This document shows positions 37,110 to 47,616 of a stretch of DNA of 64,000 nt, in pieces. The stretch is taken from positions 608,001 to 672,000 of the forward strand of contig OZ242010.1 of the NCBI GenBank assembly GCA_965204745.1, read 5' to 3'. A program made the position numbers and the translations under genes. Origin of the DNA: Candidatus Latescibacterota bacterium (GTDB lineage: Bacteria > Latescibacterota > UBA2968). Numbering within the stretch: the stretch's first letter is position 1; each line of letters opens with the position of its first letter. The notes beneath the pieces are model-generated. The model was not told the DNA's origin. It did no database searches and worked only from the letters and a program-made list of their open reading frames with translations.

Positions 37110-40100
37110 TCAATCCGCCACATCGGGCACGGGCACATCCCTCGGCGTGGCGAACGCGCTGGCGGTCAGCCGTTTGAGGGCCGCGCGCAGGTCGTCCAAA
37201 AACGTGTAAAACAAGGGTACGAGCAACAAGGTGAGCAAGGTCGAGGAAAGCAAGCCGCCGATCATGGTGCGGCCCATCGGCGCGTAGGGTTGGCCCAAAA
37301 ACGCGCTGCTTCCCAGTGCCATGGGCAACAGCCCGCACACGGTCGTAAATGTCGTCATCATAATGGGCCGAAACCGGTTCGCGCCCGCCTCGGCGATGGC
37401 CCGCATTCTGTCCATCCCCGAGGCGCGCAAGCGATTCACCATATCGACCAACACAATCGCATTGTTGACCACCACGCCGATCAGCACGATGATGCCCACC
37501 ATCGCCAACTCGGCCATCGGCGTAGCGGTCAAATACAGGGTCCAATAGACGCCCAAGAAGGCAAACGGGATGGAGAACAACACGGAAAACGGCAGCACAA
37601 AGGACTCGAACAAAACGCCCATCAGCAAAAACACGCACGTCACGGCCATAATCCCCGCGAAGTACATGGTATCGTCTTCCTCCTGCAACTTGGAGTACCG
37701 CTCGCCCTTGTCCCACGAATACCCGCGCGGCAACTCGAATCCCGCCATTGCGCGGTCGATGTCCCCGTAGAGCGCTTTGACATCTTCACGGGTCGCAAAC
37801 GCGCGCACGCGCAACCGCGTCTTGCCATTTTCGCGTCGGATCGTGCCCCGGCCTTGATCGACGCGCAGCGAGGCAAAATCCATCAGGGACACCTGCGTGC
37901 CGGTCTCGGCTGGAAAGGTCAACCGCTTGAGGCGTTGTAGGGTTTGCCGGTTCAGTTTTTCCAAGTACAGGCGCACCCTGATCTCGCGGTTATCCGATTG
38001 CAAATAGGGCAACTGAATGCCTTGTAGCGCGAACCCAATGTTGAGGCCCACGTCTCGGGCAACGAGCCCCAATTTTTGTGCGCGGTCTCGGTCGATGATG
38101 ATCTGCACCTCGTCATTGGCGCGTTCCAAATCCGAATCCACGCTGATCACCGACGGGATGTTTTGCAACCGTCGCTCCACCTCTTGCAACAACTTCGCCA
38201 GCACATCCACGTCGTCGCCATACAAATTCAGCGCGATAGCGGAATCGCTGCCGCCGCTGCTACTTTGCCCCTGCACGGCCACCTTGACCCCCACGAATTG
38301 CGGCGCGTGCTTTTTCATATCCTCGATCACCGCGGGGCGCGACAAGTGGTGTTGCACGGGCATGCCGATCAGGGCGCGGATGGATTTGTAGGTCGCGTAC
38401 CACCAGGCGTCATCGGTTTTCTTCAAAAAAACGTGGATATTGCCGTAGGACTTGCGATACCACACGCGCAGGGTCTCGACCCCGTATTGCTCGCGGCGCG
38501 CCTCCAAAAAATCCTCCACTTCTGCGAGGGTGTCGCCGGCCTCTTGGATGGTGAAATCCTTTGGAAACTGAAAGAAAATGCGAAAGTCGTTCATCATGCT
38601 GCCCTCTGAATCCGCCCGCATAAGCCCGTTCATGGGCATTTGGATGCTGCCGAGCAAAATCAGCGCGATCAAAAACGCATCGCGCCTGTGGGACAAGGTC
38701 CAGTTCAACATCCGCAGGTAATAATCGCGCATCCGCTGAATGACCGGGGGATCGACCTTGACCTTCTGGCCGCCAAATCGCAGTGCGGCCTGGGGCACAA
38801 AAATGAGCGCGACAAACAACGAGCCGATCAGCGCGACCACCACCGGCACGCCGAGACGCATCAGGAAAAACGTCAGTTGTTCATTGCCGCTCATCAGCAT
38901 CAGGGGCAAAAACACCACCACAGTCGTCAGGGTTGCCATCGTAATGGCGAGGCCCACTTCGCCCGCGCCGACAATGGCCGCGTCTTTGGCAGACAAGCCC
39001 TTGCCGCGCATGCGGTAGATGTTCTCCAAAATCACAATCGCATTATCGACCACCATGCCCACGCCCACCATCAGGCCCATCATGGTCAGCACGTTGAGGG
39101 ACCAGCCGAAAAAGAACAGCGCGGTAATCGTGATCATCACGCACAGGGGAATCGCCAAGGTGATGATGGCCGTCATTCGCAACGCGCGTAAAAAGAACAG
39201 CAAGACCAGGGCCGCAAACAACCCGCCCCAAAGTCCGGTGGTCTCCAAGTTTTGAATCGCGTTTTGGATGTACTCGCCCTGATTGAAAAATACGTTGAAC
39301 GAAATTTTCCCCTCCAGGCGCGGATCGCGTTCAATGTCGCGCAGGGTTGCCATCACGCGGTTGCACACCTCCACGATATTCGCGCCCGATTCCTGCGACA
39401 CCCCAACGGACACTGCGGGCCGCCCATCGATGCGCTGGTACCACGACTGCTCGGGCACGTCGTAAATCACGTCGGCCACATCGCCCAAGCGCACGTCGCC
39501 TTGGGGCGTGCGGAGGAGAATGTCGTGGATCTCGTCCAAATTTTGGTACCGCGCCAATGAGCGCACGTAAAACCGCTTGCCGCCCTCGCGCACTCGCCCG
39601 ACTGACAGCGCGAAATTGTCCGCTTGTAGGGATCGCACCATCGTTCCCAGATCCACGCCGCGGGCCATCAGCCGCTCGTGGTTGAGTTCGATCATGACCT
39701 CTTTTTCGTACACGCCCCAAAAGCTCACCCGGGCCACGCCTTCGACCCGCTCCAACCCGCGTTGCACATGCAGGTTGAGGAACCGATAGGGATCGACGAT
39801 TGTCGTATCCAATGCGATGCCGATCCACATGATTTCCCAACTGTCCGCATTGAACTTGTACACACGCACCTGATCGCGCACCTCTTCGGGCAATTCCAAC
39901 TTGAGGCGTTCGAGGCGATCCACCACCTGATTGTACGCGGCGACCATATCCGTATCCGACAAAAACTCGATGGGCGCATCTACCCCATAAGACGCGCTGT
40001 ACGTGCGGATTTTCTCGATGCCCTTGACGGTCCGCAACTGCTCTTCGAGGGGCCGTGCGATCTGTTGCTCGGCCTCTTGGGGCGAGGCATTGCGGTGGTT

Positions 40101-40277
40101 GTATTCGATGTCCACGTACAAAAACGGCGGCGTAAATCCGGACGGGAACAATTTCACCGGCACGCGAAAATACGCCACCACACCCACGAGCAACAGCGCG
40201 ACCAAGCACATCGCAACCGTGACGGGGCGATTCACCGAAATGCGCGGCAACAGCGCGGGTTGGGAATTGGCGTTCAT
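37110..40277 (-). CDS. RND efflux permease (AcrB/AcrD/AcrF family)
   Basis: GMVVDNAIVILENI, GVVVNNAIVLVD, RFRPIMMTTFTT; two periplasmic/TM halves. Confidence 0.93.
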   Translation of the reverse strand: MNANSQPALLPRISVNRPVTVAMCLVALLLVGVVAYFRVPVKLFPSGFTPPFLYVDIEYNHRNASPQEAEQQIARPLEEQLRTVKGIEKIRTYSASYGVDAPIEFLSDTDMVAAYNQVVDRLERLKLELPEEVRDQVRVYKFNADSWEIMWIGIALDTTIVDPYRFLNLHVQRGLERVEGVARVSFWGVYEKEVMIELNHERLMARGVDLGTMVRSLQADNFALSVGRVREGGKRFYVRSLARYQNLDEIHDILLRTPQGDVRLGDVADVIYDVPEQSWYQRIDGRPAVSVGVSQESGANIVEVCNRVMATLRDIERDPRLEGKISFNVFFNQGEYIQNAIQNLETTGLWGGLFAALVLLFFLRALRMTAIITLAIPLCVMITITALFFFGWSLNVLTMMGLMVGVGMVVDNAIVILENIYRMRGKGLSAKDAAIVGAGEVGLAITMATLTTVVVFLPLMLMSGNEQLTFFLMRLGVPVVVALIGSLFVALIFVPQAALRFGGQKVKVDPPVIQRMRDYYLRMLNWTLSHRRDAFLIALILLGSIQMPMNGLMRADSEGSMMNDFRIFFQFPKDFTIQEAGDTLAEVEDFLEARREQYGVETLRVWYRKSYGNIHVFLKKTDDAWWYATYKSIRALIGMPVQHHLSRPAVIEDMKKHAPQFVGVKVAVQGQSSSGGSDSAIALNLYGDDVDVLAKLLQEVERRLQNIPSVISVDSDLERANDEVQIIIDRDRAQKLGLVARDVGLNIGFALQGIQLPYLQSDNREIRVRLYLEKLNRQTLQRLKRLTFPAETGTQVSLMDFASLRVDQGRGTIRRENGKTRLRVRAFATREDVKALYGDIDRAMAGFELPRGYSWDKGERYSKLQEEDDTMYFAGIMAVTCVFLLMGVLFESFVLPFSVLFSIPFAFLGVYWTLYLTATPMAELAMVGIIVLIGVVVNNAIVLVDMVNRLRASGMDRMRAIAEAGANRFRPIMMTTFTTVCGLLPMALGSSAFLGQPYAPMGRTMIGGLLSSTLLTLLLVPLFYTFLDDLRAALKRLTASAFATPRDVPVPDVAD

Positions 40278-40517
40278 GGGTTTCTCGGACCAAATCGGCG
40301 TTTTACATACAAGGACAGGCACGGGGCCTGTCCCGACGGTCTAATATCTCGCTTTTGGGCGGCCTAACTATATGACGCATCAACCGCAAAAGGGCTTCAT
40401 GGGTTCGGACTTTAGGCGACCAGCCCGTGGAAAAAAGTATTGGATGCCAAAAGACTTGAAAAAACGCCCGCGCCGCCGTATTCTACGCGCCCATCGATCA
40501 CCGCAAGAGGAACGACC

Positions 40518-41222
40518 ATGAACAAAAGCCTCATCACAAATTTGATCGCTCTCGGCACGATTGGCGCGGGGTATGTCAGCCATTCGGATCACCTGCTCGC
40601 GGTTGGGCTATTTGCGACCTCGGGCGCGTTCACCAACTGGTTGGCCGTTCACATGCTGTTTGAAAAAGTGCCACTGCTCTACGGCTCGGGCGTTGTGCCC
40701 AACCGGTTTGAGGACTTCAAAACCGGGATTCACGCCTTGATCATGAACCAGTTTTTCACCTCTGAAAACATCGAAAAATTCCTCGCGGACCAAACCCGAG
40801 ACATCGCCGCCGCGTTCGATCCAGACCCGGTGCTCAACGCCATTGACTACGACCGCATCTTCAGCCGCTTGGTCGAAGCGGTCATGGCGTCTCCCTTCGG
40901 GGGCATGCTCAACATCCTCGGCGGCCCCAACGCACTGCACCCGCTCAAGGAATCCTTTATCAAAAAAATTCGCACGGAAATTCACCTCCTGCTCACCTCG
41001 CCCAAATTTCTCCACGCCATCCAAGAAGGGCTTGTCGGAGCGGCAATGGCAGACGATCTGATCGCCAAAGTGGATGCGATAGTCGTGCAACGTCTCGATG
41101 AATTGACGCCGGAAATGGTCAAGACCATCGTCCAAGCTATGATTCGCAAACACCTCGGTTGGCTGGTCGTCTGGGGCGGAGTCTTCGGCGGCCTCATCGG
41201 GTTGATGACCTCTTTTGTGTGA
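40518..41222 (+). CDS. DUF445 family membrane protein
   Basis: GAFTNWLAVHMLF N-terminus and HLGWLVVWGGVFGGLIG C-terminus. Confidence 0.85.
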   Translation: MNKSLITNLIALGTIGAGYVSHSDHLLAVGLFATSGAFTNWLAVHMLFEKVPLLYGSGVVPNRFEDFKTGIHALIMNQFFTSENIEKFLADQTRDIAAAFDPDPVLNAIDYDRIFSRLVEAVMASPFGGMLNILGGPNALHPLKESFIKKIRTEIHLLLTSPKFLHAIQEGLVGAAMADDLIAKVDAIVVQRLDELTPEMVKTIVQAMIRKHLGWLVVWGGVFGGLIGLMTSFV

Positions 41223-41320
41223 ATGCGTGCCCGGCCCGCCTCCCTGCCCCTGCCCACCCTCACCCTGCCGTGTGCGTGAACGGCTATCGCAGTTGCACAC
41301 CGTTCCGTGTCCTTTGTGGA

Positions 41321-42895
41321 TTACATCCCCCATACCTCGATCTCAACGCCACTGTCAGACGCTCGGCGATCCCGAAATATCTTGTCCGGCCAACGCCGAT
41401 CCTCGCGGCGGTCAAAGATCACCAGATGACCCGCTTCTGCATCGCAACGATCCAGGTAGTCTGCGGTCTGTTCCAAACCCTCGGCGATAGTCCGTTCCAA
41501 GGTCCTGCGGAGCACTTTGCACTCGATCACGAATTTGCGCTCGCGCTCGCCCTGCGGCCAGACGATGAGCAGATCGGTACGCATGCGCCCCAAGCCATAC
41601 TCGCGTTCGATACGCCCACCGCTATTCATGATCCTTTGCAAAAACGCCTGTAACAGCAACTGGGGGCCGGCCTCTTGATACGCGAATCGCTTGACCCAAT
41701 GCTCGGAGTGTTCGCGGAAGAAGGTTTGGAACGCGGCCAGCAATTTGACCACATCCAAACTGCCATCGGCGTTGACGTACCAGACCGTTTCCTGATTGAA
41801 TTCCCCTTGGATCACCCACGTCAGTTCGCGGGGCACGACTTCTGCGTAGATCGGATTGGCGATGCGATACGGCTGATCTTGACCCACGAGCCCGAGATCC
41901 TGTACATACCCCAAATCGCGATCTGTGAAGTGGCGTTCCTCATCGCCGCCGCTCAAGATCGGTTCGACAATGCGCCGCACGCGCTCTTCTTGGAGTTTGT
42001 CGGCCAACTGATCGAGATGCGTTTCGCGGCGCAGGATGAGTTGCTCTTTCGCCTCGATGACAGCGGCGGCTGTGACAGGATCGCGTCGCTTCGAGGCCCC
42101 ATCTCGGAAGCAGGTTTGATCTGCCAAGGCGTTGACCAGCCACGGTTGCCCCTGCGTCTGATGCCAGATCGCGTCCAGTGCATCGGGGGTGAACGCCTGC
42201 CCCGTCTCCTCTGTATGCTGTGCGAGCAGTATCTGCACCTCGTCTTGTGAAAAATCCCCTAAGCGCAACGAGCGCGATTTAATATTAAACGCGCTACCAC
42301 CTGCAATGACCGCATTTGCAGAACCGGAATGGATGCGGTAATCGCGCACATCGCGTATTCCGCACAGCACTATGCTTTGCGGAAAATACTCTGGCCGTTG
42401 GTCGTAGCCAGCGCGCAACTGCCGCAACACAGAGAGGAGCGAATCGCCAATGAGCGCATCGATTTCGTCGATGAGCAACACCAGCGGTTTCGGGTCCGCA
42501 TTGGCCCATCGCATCAAAGCCACGCGCAACGCAGCCGCCGGCCCGCTCTTGGTCAAGATGTCGGGCCAAATCTCGTCCAGAAACTCATCGCCCATCAAAC
42601 TCGCCCGGAGTGCCAACTCGCCCAGAATGACGCGCATGACCTGTTCCACATCTTCGCGCATGGCCTGCCCGCCTTCGATATTGGCGTACACGCATCGGTA
42701 CGCGCCTTCGGCGTTGAGCAGGTCGCGTAAGGCCAGCAGAGCCGAGGTCTTGCCCGTCTGCCGAGGCGCGTGCAGGACAAAGTACTTTTCGTCTCGGATA
42801 AGGCCGAGCACATCGTCTAAATCCAAGCGTTCCAGCGGCGGAATGCAGTAGTGTTTTGCGGGCTTGATGGGCCCAGCAGTGCTGAAAAAACGCAT
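41321..42895 (-). CDS. AAA-like ATPase with C-terminal PD-(D/E)XK nuclease domain, copy A
   Basis: APRQTGKTS Walker A, LLIDEID Walker B, T.GQPWLVN, and EREY..GRMRTDLLI..VIECK. Confidence 0.85.
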   Translation of the reverse strand: MRFFSTAGPIKPAKHYCIPPLERLDLDDVLGLIRDEKYFVLHAPRQTGKTSALLALRDLLNAEGAYRCVYANIEGGQAMREDVEQVMRVILGELALRASLMGDEFLDEIWPDILTKSGPAAALRVALMRWANADPKPLVLLIDEIDALIGDSLLSVLRQLRAGYDQRPEYFPQSIVLCGIRDVRDYRIHSGSANAVIAGGSAFNIKSRSLRLGDFSQDEVQILLAQHTEETGQAFTPDALDAIWHQTQGQPWLVNALADQTCFRDGASKRRDPVTAAAVIEAKEQLILRRETHLDQLADKLQEERVRRIVEPILSGGDEERHFTDRDLGYVQDLGLVGQDQPYRIANPIYAEVVPRELTWVIQGEFNQETVWYVNADGSLDVVKLLAAFQTFFREHSEHWVKRFAYQEAGPQLLLQAFLQRIMNSGGRIEREYGLGRMRTDLLIVWPQGERERKFVIECKVLRRTLERTIAEGLEQTADYLDRCDAEAGHLVIFDRREDRRWPDKIFRDRRASDSGVEIEVWGM

Positions 42896-42942
42896 GGTTC
42901 ATGTCTCCGTTCTATTGAGCACCCTTCCGTGTCCTTTGTGGA

Positions 42943-44520
42943 TTACATCCCCCATACCTCGATCTCAACGCCACTGCCAGACGCTCGGCGATCCCGAAAT
43001 ATCTTGTCCGACCAACGCCGATCCTCGCGGCGGTCAAAGATCACTAGATGACCCGCTTCTGCATCGCAACGATCCAGGTAGTCTGCGGTCTGTTCCAAAC
43101 CCTCGGCGATAGTCCGTTCCAAGGTCCTGCGGAGCACTTTGCACTCGATCACGAATTTGCGCTCGCGCTCGCCCTGCGGCCAGACGATGAGCAGATCGGT
43201 ACGCATGCGCCCCAAGCCATACTCGCGTTCGATACGCCCACCGCTATTCATGATCCTTTGCAAAAACGCTTGTAACAGCAACTGGGGGCCGGCCTCTTGA
43301 TATGCGAATCGCTTGACCCAATGCTCGGAGTGTTCGCGGAAGAAGGTTTGGAACGCGGCCAGCAATTTGACCACATCCAAACTGCCATCGGCGTTGACGT
43401 ACCAGACCGTTTCCTGATTGAATTCCTCTTGGATAACCCACGTCAGTTCGCGGGGCACGACTTCTGCGTAGATCGGGTTGGCGATGCGGATCGGACGATC
43501 TCGCGCCACGAGCCCGAGGTCGCGCACATATTCCAAATCGCGATCCGTGAAGTGGCGTTCCTCATCGCCGCCGCTCAAGATCGGTTCGACAATGCGCCGC
43601 ACGCGCTCTTCTTGGAGTTTGTCAGCCAACTGATCGAGATGCGTTTCGCGGCGCAGGATGAGTTGCTCTTTCGCCTCGATGACAGCGGTAGCAGTGACGG
43701 GATCGCTTCGATCCTCTGCCCCATCTCGGAAGCAGGTTTGATCTGCCAAGGCGTTGACCAGCCACGGTTGCCCCTGCGTCTGATGCCAGATCGCGTCCAG
43801 TGCATCGGGGGTGAACGCCTGCCCCGTCTCCTTTGTATGCTGTGCGAGCAGTGTCTGCACCTCGTCTTGTGAAAAATCCCCTAAGCGCAACGAGCGCGAT
43901 TTAATGTTAAACGCGCTACCACCTGCAATGACCGCATTTGCAGAACCGGAATGGATGCGGTAATCGCGCACATCGCGTATTCCGCACAGCACTATGCTTT
44001 GCGGAAAATACTCTGGCCGTTGGTCGTAACCAGCGCGCAACTGCCGCAACACAGAGAGGAGCGAATCGCCAATGAGCGCATCGATCTCGTCAATGAGTAG
44101 CACCAATGGTTTCGGGTCCGCATTGGCCCATCGCATCAAGGCCTCCTGCAAAGCCGCATCTGGTCCGACTTCGGTAAGGATATCTGACCAGACCTTGCCC
44201 AAAAATTCATCGCCCAAGGTCATGCGTGCCCGAGACGCCAATCCAGCTAGAATGGCGCGCATCACCCGTTCCACATCTTCGCGTGCGGCCTGCCCGGCTT
44301 CAACATTGACGTACACGCATCGGTACGCGCCTTCGGCGTTGAGCAGGTCGCGCAAGGCCAGCAGAGCCGAGGTCTTGCCCGTCTGCCGAGGCGCGTGCAG
44401 GACAAAATACTTTTCGTCTCGGATAAGGCCGAGCACATCGTCTAAATCCAAGCGTTCCAGCGGCGGAATGCAGTAGTGTTTTGCGGGCTTGATGGGCCCG
44501 GCAGTGTTGAAAAAACGCAT
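42943..44520 (-). CDS. AAA-like ATPase with C-terminal PD-(D/E)XK nuclease domain, copy B
   Basis: Same motifs; head-to-tail duplicate with ~1622-bp period. Confidence 0.85.
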   Translation of the reverse strand: MRFFNTAGPIKPAKHYCIPPLERLDLDDVLGLIRDEKYFVLHAPRQTGKTSALLALRDLLNAEGAYRCVYVNVEAGQAAREDVERVMRAILAGLASRARMTLGDEFLGKVWSDILTEVGPDAALQEALMRWANADPKPLVLLIDEIDALIGDSLLSVLRQLRAGYDQRPEYFPQSIVLCGIRDVRDYRIHSGSANAVIAGGSAFNIKSRSLRLGDFSQDEVQTLLAQHTKETGQAFTPDALDAIWHQTQGQPWLVNALADQTCFRDGAEDRSDPVTATAVIEAKEQLILRRETHLDQLADKLQEERVRRIVEPILSGGDEERHFTDRDLEYVRDLGLVARDRPIRIANPIYAEVVPRELTWVIQEEFNQETVWYVNADGSLDVVKLLAAFQTFFREHSEHWVKRFAYQEAGPQLLLQAFLQRIMNSGGRIEREYGLGRMRTDLLIVWPQGERERKFVIECKVLRRTLERTIAEGLEQTADYLDRCDAEAGHLVIFDRREDRRWSDKIFRDRRASGSGVEIEVWGM

Positions 44521-44800
44521 GGTTCATGTCTCCGTTCCATTGAGTACGAACACGGGAAAGCAGGGAGATGGCAGATAGCAGAAGTGAGCCAGTCCCCACC
44601 CCCGCGATCTGGGCTCCGGCTTTGGCTACGCCTGTGCTTGCGCGTGCGTGACGAATAGCAGTAGGGCGAAGGCGGGGACTGACAACTGATGCCAATTTGA
44701 TTTTTAGAGATCTTGGCGTTGGGCGGCCTTCTCACTTCTTGTATCTTTGGGCGAGCGAGCACGGGGACATCGCCTTTGGTGGCTAAACTTCCCGCTCTCC

Positions 44801-45439
44801 TCACCACTTCTCTATAAACTCCTCCACCTCGCCGAGGGCCTCTTTCTTTTTTTTGGCCCAGGCGCGCAACTCGGCGTTGTCTTCTCGATCTGCCCATTGC
44901 GTCACAAAGGTCAACAAGCGCGCGGCGTGGGGGCGGTTCAGTTCGGTCAAGACCCCGTAGGCCCTCTTCATGTCGTCCACGCGCCCGAGCATCACATGGG
45001 CTTCGGCGCGGTATTCGATGGCTTCGGCGTAATTTGGGTTCAACGCCAATGCGCGGTCATAAGCCGCGAGCGCGCCGTCCATATCGCCGGTCTTCCGCAG
45101 GATGTAGCCCAAGCTGCTAAACGCCTGATAATGCGTGGAATCCAGCGCGGTCGCCTTGCGGAACTCGTCCAATGCGCGCCGGTAAGTGGTCTGGATGAAC
45201 CGCGCGTACGACTCGCGCTCTTCGCCCTGTGTGCCCGCCATTTTCTCCTCATACACCCACGCCGCGTCCCGGTGGCGCAGGCCCTCTCGATAGTGGCGGA
45301 GCGCGGCCTCGTTTTCACTTGTTTTGGATTTGCGCGGTGCGGGCCCGCCCGGCGCGGCAATTCCGTTGCTGCTCACCATCAACATCAAAATCAATGCATG
45401 TGCTGACAGGGCGTAAGTCAACCTCCAGAACTTCTTCAT
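44801..45439 (-). CDS. Exported TPR-repeat protein
   Basis: Signal peptide and ALAAYDRALALNPNYAEA TPR motifs. Confidence 0.8.
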   Translation of the reverse strand: MKKFWRLTYALSAHALILMLMVSSNGIAAPGGPAPRKSKTSENEAALRHYREGLRHRDAAWVYEEKMAGTQGEERESYARFIQTTYRRALDEFRKATALDSTHYQAFSSLGYILRKTGDMDGALAAYDRALALNPNYAEAIEYRAEAHVMLGRVDDMKRAYGVLTELNRPHAARLLTFVTQWADREDNAELRAWAKKKKEALGEVEEFIEKW

Positions 45440-46617
45440 GACAAAACCTCCTTTGCTGATTCCCGAATGGCGGTTGCGATTTCATCGACCTTTTCCCGGT
45501 CGTTGTCCGGGTGCATGCCGATGAGCACGGCGCGGCTCAAAATATCCAGCGATTTGGCGCACATATCCTCTGAATACGCGATTTGCAACGCCTCGTTTTC
45601 CGGCAGGCGAAACGGATCGAGCGCGGGATGGTGCGCGCCTTGTTTTCGCATGATGGGATCCCAGCGCGTATAGACGTGTCGCCCGGTGTCGATGGGCAAA
45701 AAAGCGCGGCTGGTCGATGTCTTTATCCGCCCGGCAAAAGCGCGGGCGCGTTCTTCTGATTGAAAAATAAACCCGCCATGCGTGCCGCATTCGTGGTCCA
45801 AACTGTTGTTGCTGATCGACGTCAACCCCGCGTCTTCGCCCACCTTTGTCAGCACGCGCTTGTGCCCGCGCATTCGATCCAACATTTCGTCGATGCGCTC
45901 GAGTTGGGCATTGAGAATCGCGCCCGAAATTTCCGTGGCCCGAAAATTCAGCCCGGCGAATTGCTCGGCCGGGCGATGCTCGTCCGGATTCCAATAATAC
46001 GAACAGCAATCCGCAACGACTGACCCGCGCCGGAACACAGCCGCATCCGCCGAGACAAACGCGCCGCCCTCGCCGCTGGTCATATTTTTGAAATAATTAA
46101 AACTGAACGCACCCGCGTGCCCGATAGACCCAAGTGCGCGGCCCTTGTACCCGCCGCCAACGGCTTGACACGCATCTTCCAAAACCTTGACCCCGCGTTC
46201 TTTTGCAATGTCCATCAGCGCGTCCATGTCGCAGGGCAAGCCCCACATGTGGACGGGGATGATGGCCTTGGTGTGCGGGGCAATTTTTTGCGCCACATCT
46301 TCGGGAGACAGGGTGATCGATTCATCCACCTCCGCGACGATGGGCATGGCGCCTGCGGCGACAACCGCGAGCGCGGTCGCCATGTACGTACACGCGGGCA
46401 CGATGACCGAATCCCCCGGCCCGACCTTGAGGCCGACGAGGGCGCAGTAAAGCGAGGCCGTGCCACTCGTGGTCATTCGCACTTGCAGGCCGCCCAATCG
46501 CTTGCCCCAATCCGCTTCAAATTGATCGCATTCCCCGGCCTTGCCATAGCGAAAAATCTCGCCGCTTTCCAACAGGGCCGCCACGCGCTTAATTTCGGGT
46601 TGTCCAATTCGATACAC
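45436..46617 (-). CDS. DegT/DnrJ/EryC1/StrS PLP aminotransferase
   Basis: TSGTASL, VHMWGLPCDMD, EDACQAVG, FSFNYFKNMTSGEGG. GTG start with GGAGG RBS. Confidence 0.9.
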   Translation of the reverse strand: MYRIGQPEIKRVAALLESGEIFRYGKAGECDQFEADWGKRLGGLQVRMTTSGTASLYCALVGLKVGPGDSVIVPACTYMATALAVVAAGAMPIVAEVDESITLSPEDVAQKIAPHTKAIIPVHMWGLPCDMDALMDIAKERGVKVLEDACQAVGGGYKGRALGSIGHAGAFSFNYFKNMTSGEGGAFVSADAAVFRRGSVVADCCSYYWNPDEHRPAEQFAGLNFRATEISGAILNAQLERIDEMLDRMRGHKRVLTKVGEDAGLTSISNNSLDHECGTHGGFIFQSEERARAFAGRIKTSTSRAFLPIDTGRHVYTRWDPIMRKQGAHHPALDPFRLPENEALQIAYSEDMCAKSLDILSRAVLIGMHPDNDREKVDEIATAIRESAKEVLS

Positions 46618-46694
46618 AAAAGCCTCCAAAATTCGGTATAAGGACAGGCACGGGGGCCTGTCCCTATGGGTGATGGTGTAAAAGATCACTGCTC

Positions 46695-46784
46695 GCCTTT
46701 GAACTGGCTATCGCCAGTTGTACCCCGCTCGTGCCTTTGAACTGGCTATCGCCAGTTGTACCCCGCTCGTGCCTTTTGTGGCTA
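46695..46784. repeat. 38-bp tandem duplication with small hairpin; third copy at 33530..33580
   Basis: GCCTTTGAACTGGCTATCGCCAGTTGTACCCCGCTCGT x2. Confidence 0.85.
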
Positions 46785-46814
46785 ATTAGGGGGTTGGGCG
46801 GGGCGGCCTGACCA

Positions 46815-47579
46815 CTACCCAAAAACCCGAGTGAATGTCTTGCCGCGCAAAGAGCGCGTGGCGCCGTGTATGTAACAAACGCTGAATGCGCGCCGCGCAA
46901 TATCCGTCTCATTGACCCCGGAACTGTGCAACATCCAGTTGTGCAGCAAAACCGAGTCGCCCGCTTCCAAAATGAGATCCACCGGCGCGTACTGCGAGAC
47001 AATCGTTTCGATATGCTCGTCGGTCAAAAACCCGGATCCATGGTCCGGATTGATCAATTTGCTGTGCGAACCGGGGATGATTTTCACGCATCCATTTTCG
47101 ACCGACGTGGGATCCAGCGCGGTCCAAATGGTGATTTGCGGGTCCATGGTCAAATCCGTCCACCGGTCCTGATGCCACACCAGCGGCGTGCCCTCGCGTG
47201 CGGGCTTGTTCATGAACATCGCCCGAAAGCAGGCCACAGGCGTGCCTTTGCCGTACACATGCTCGCAAATTTTTCGAAACAAGGGCTTTTGCAAAAATGC
47301 GCGAAACCGGTCGTCCCATTCCAAGTCCTGAATTTTGCGATACGCCAGCGTGGGGATTTTGTGCCCCTTGCTCTGCGGGCCGGGCCGTCCTCCGTGCGCG
47401 GGATCGGAATCCAGTTGCATCATCACGCGGTCGTAGTCGATAGACGCCGTGCCCATCATGATCTCGTCGATCCGCTCCTGCAATGCCTCCAACTCGCCAT
47501 CGTCCATCACATTGCCCAAGTGGAGATACCCCTGCGCGTCAAACGCCTCCCACTCGGTTTCGGAAATATACGCGCTCAT
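46815..47579 (-). CDS. PhyH-family dioxygenase
   Basis: WHQD, ENGCVKIIPGSH, GDSVLLHNWMLHSSG.N..RRA. Confidence 0.88.
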   Translation of the reverse strand: MSAYISETEWEAFDAQGYLHLGNVMDDGELEALQERIDEIMMGTASIDYDRVMMQLDSDPAHGGRPGPQSKGHKIPTLAYRKIQDLEWDDRFRAFLQKPLFRKICEHVYGKGTPVACFRAMFMNKPAREGTPLVWHQDRWTDLTMDPQITIWTALDPTSVENGCVKIIPGSHSKLINPDHGSGFLTDEHIETIVSQYAPVDLILEAGDSVLLHNWMLHSSGVNETDIARRAFSVCYIHGATRSLRGKTFTRVFG

Positions 47580-47616
47580 TTTGATGCCTCCTTTGTATGA
47601 GAGATAGCCCACAGCC

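Noticed and set aside
41321-44520. Diversity-generating retroelement explanation for the variable duplicates
   Set aside because: No reverse transcriptase in the window, differences are not adenine-specific, and they include an indel.
46695-46784. CRISPR-like 38-bp palindromic repeat
   Set aside because: Copies are directly adjacent with no spacer; this is a simple tandem duplication of a dispersed repeat.
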